From a virus (Duplodnaviria; Caudoviricetes): DNA of 38,681 nucleotides. Of the stretch, positions 36,701-38,681 are shown in pieces. A program made the position numbers and the translations under genes. Each line of letters starts with the position of its first letter. Positions within the stretch are counted from its first letter, which is position 1. Under the pieces are notes generated by a model that saw only the letters and a program-made list of their open reading frames with translations, did no database searches and was not told the origin of the DNA. The DNA is taken from positions 1 through 38,681 of the IMG/VR virus record IMGVR_UViG_3300005470_000011. The stretch is one strand, 5' to 3'.

Positions 36701-36766
36701 TCCGTATAGCCAGAGGTAGCACTCAAGAAACGAGAAACTAGTAAATAAGAAATTAAAGGATAAGAA

Positions 36767-37240
36767 ATGGCATTTGAAGCAGAAGTAGTAGATGGTAAAT
36801 CACCATACACAGACGTAAAACTAGGAGACCAAGAAAACGGTTTTCAAACAACTTTTTATTATGATAATAAAGCATCAGCAACATCACAAGATTATGGAGA
36901 ATTTGATATTCTACAAGGTGTTAAGTTTGACCACACATTAGACTCAACTGATGATATGTTAGCTGGTGCAACGCTTAGCTCAATGATACCTAATACTATG
37001 TTAAAGAATCTAATTAACAATGGTGGTATGGTTAGAGGTGAAGCATATATTGTAACTAAAAAGTGGACTAAAGGTGATAAGTTTAATAACAAAAAAGCCC
37101 TAGGTCACGGTTATGAAGTACAGAGAATTAAAGCACCAGATGTTTTCCTTGATGCACTTAAAAAGAGACACTCAGAACTATTACCAGAAGGTATGGGTGT
37201 TGAAGCTCCTGTTGATGCTGGTAACACACCAGATATTTAA
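36767..37240 (+). CDS. Putative single-stranded DNA-binding protein
   Basis: Beta-rich, acidic flexible C-terminal tail, upstream of the polymerase. Confidence 0.5.
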   Translation: MAFEAEVVDGKSPYTDVKLGDQENGFQTTFYYDNKASATSQDYGEFDILQGVKFDHTLDSTDDMLAGATLSSMIPNTMLKNLINNGGMVRGEAYIVTKKWTKGDKFNNKKALGHGYEVQRIKAPDVFLDALKKRHSELLPEGMGVEAPVDAGNTPDI

Positions 37241-37244
37241 CATT

Positions 37245-37275
37245 AAATAGCGAATCTTATAGGTTCGCTATTTTT
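37245..37275 (+). terminator. Rho-independent terminator
   Basis: AATAGCGAATCT-TAT-AGGTTCGCTATT followed by a T run. Confidence 0.75.
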
Positions 37276-37335
37276 AAAGTCTAAGTTATAAGCTTAGCAA
37301 AACTAATGGGATAGTTACCCAATAAAAGGAAAATA

Positions 37336-38681
37336 ATGAAAAAAGTACAATGGAGAATATGTGAATCTTTAGAGGAGGTTCAACACTTAACTACAGAACA
37401 TCCAACGTTCGCAGATATAGAAACTCATGGTTTTTATATTAATACACGACTTGTTCAAGTTTATCAACCAGCAACGGATGATACTGTATATATTTTAGAT
37501 ACCGATATACTAGACTTAAACGAGATTAAAGCTTGGTTAAAACCTATGTGGACTATATGGCAAGGTTGTACATACGATTTTGGTACTCTTAATATGACTA
37601 CTGATAAGTTTGATGATACATTATACATGGCACGTTCAGCTTACCCTGAGTGGAAAGAATTTAAGCTAGATAATATAGTTACGCAACTAGGTTTTGATTA
37701 TTTATATGCTGGATTAGATAAAAAAGAGATGCAAAAGATGGGATTCGTTCCTGGGGCATATCTATCACAGAATCAATTACGTTATGCTTGTGCTGATGTT
37801 GTTGCTCTTAGTTTAATTTGGGAAGACAGAAAGATTCAAGAGACCAGAAATATATTCTCTTATATTATTGATATTATTTCTGTTAAATATTCTATTGAAT
37901 ATCAACAAAATAGTTTATTAGTAGACCAGTCAGCAGTTCGTAAAGAGCTAGATACAATTGAAATAGCTATTAAAGAGTATGAAAAGAAACTTGGTGGGCT
38001 TAATTGCAATTCGCCTAAGCAATGTAAAGAAGCACTAGGTACAGATTCTACAAGCAAAGAAACCCTTATTAAACTAATTGGTGAAGGTAATGAACTTGCT
38101 GAAGCTGTATTTAAACAAAGAAGACAGTTAAAGCGTAGAACATTTTTACATAGCTATAACTACCCTTATGTTGAAACAAGATTTAATCCAGCAGGAGCTG
38201 CAACTGGCAGATTTACATCAACTGGCGGTGATTTACCTAGAGGTATTAATGCTCAACAAATTACTCGTGACTTACAGTATATATTCCATCAACCTGATGA
38301 TACTACATCAGTTGTACATGCAGACTTTAGTACTGCTGAGCTTAGGGCTGGTTGTAGTATTATGAAAGATGAAGCTATGTATAATGAGCTTATGAGTGGT
38401 ATGGATTTACATAAGATTGCTGCAACATTTGCGATTGATAAAGCTCCAACTGAAATTACAAAAGCTGAACGTCAAAAAGGTAAAGCTATTAGTTTTGGGT
38501 TTATTTTTGGCATGAGTGCACCATCATTTCAAGAGTATGCTTATGTTAACTATGGTGTTACCTTTACATTAGAAGAGTGTAAAGCTATTAAAGCTAAATA
38601 TAATAATAAATATACTGGTATTAGTAGTTATCACAAACAAATGTGGAATAGCTATAAACGTACTCCAGTAGAGACTCCTAG
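37336..38681 (+). CDS. polA: Family A DNA polymerase with 3'-5' exonuclease, 3'-truncated by the window edge; not in the ORF track
   Basis: MKKVQWR...; ADIET exo I, YACAD exo III, ATGRFTS, NAQQ, ADFSTAELR motif A, DLH, RQKGKAISFGFIFG motif B. Confidence 0.95.
   Translation, partial: MKKVQWRICESLEEVQHLTTEHPTFADIETHGFYINTRLVQVYQPATDDTVYILDTDILDLNEIKAWLKPMWTIWQGCTYDFGTLNMTTDKFDDTLYMARSAYPEWKEFKLDNIVTQLGFDYLYAGLDKKEMQKMGFVPGAYLSQNQLRYACADVVALSLIWEDRKIQETRNIFSYIIDIISVKYSIEYQQNSLLVDQSAVRKELDTIEIAIKEYEKKLGGLNCNSPKQCKEALGTDSTSKETLIKLIGEGNELAEAVFKQRRQLKRRTFLHSYNYPYVETRFNPAGAATGRFTSTGGDLPRGINAQQITRDLQYIFHQPDDTTSVVHADFSTAELRAGCSIMKDEAMYNELMSGMDLHKIAATFAIDKAPTEITKAERQKGKAISFGFIFGMSAPSFQEYAYVNYGVTFTLEECKAIKAKYNNKYTGISSYHKQMWNSYKRTPVETP

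Noticed and set aside
38168-38365. 65-aa track ORF
   Set aside because: Alternative frame inside the DNA polymerase gene

Overview
An AT-rich, apparently near-complete genome of a lytic-type podovirus-like tailed phage. The window opens inside a 5'-3' exonuclease gene and ends inside a family A DNA polymerase gene, so it is probably a circular permutation with a short piece missing. The + strand carries early, replication and nucleotide-metabolism genes (1-5919 and 27268-38681). The - strand carries packaging and virion genes (5916-26567): TerS, TerL, scaffold, major capsid, adaptor, tail fibres, M15 endolysin, nozzle, ejection proteins and a displaced portal. Promoter architecture and AAGGA RBSs suggest a Campylobacterota host (inference). 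Most notable: (1) an acyl carrier protein and a catalytically intact beta-ketoacyl synthase sit inside the virion operon, coupled to a Gly-Gly-leader membrane-type protein, suggesting virion-protein lipidation; (2) the thymidylate synthase homologue carries the Asn-to-Asp dCMP-specificity switch, next to a DHFR-like gene and two dNTP pyrophosphatases, suggesting a 5mC/5hmC genome; (3) several late genes have -1 frame or truncation junctions; (4) there is a structured three-way-junction RNA, a pair of paralogous early proteins, a repeat-flanked pentapeptide cassette and strong GATC avoidance. All calls come from motif recognition by eye; no searches were run.
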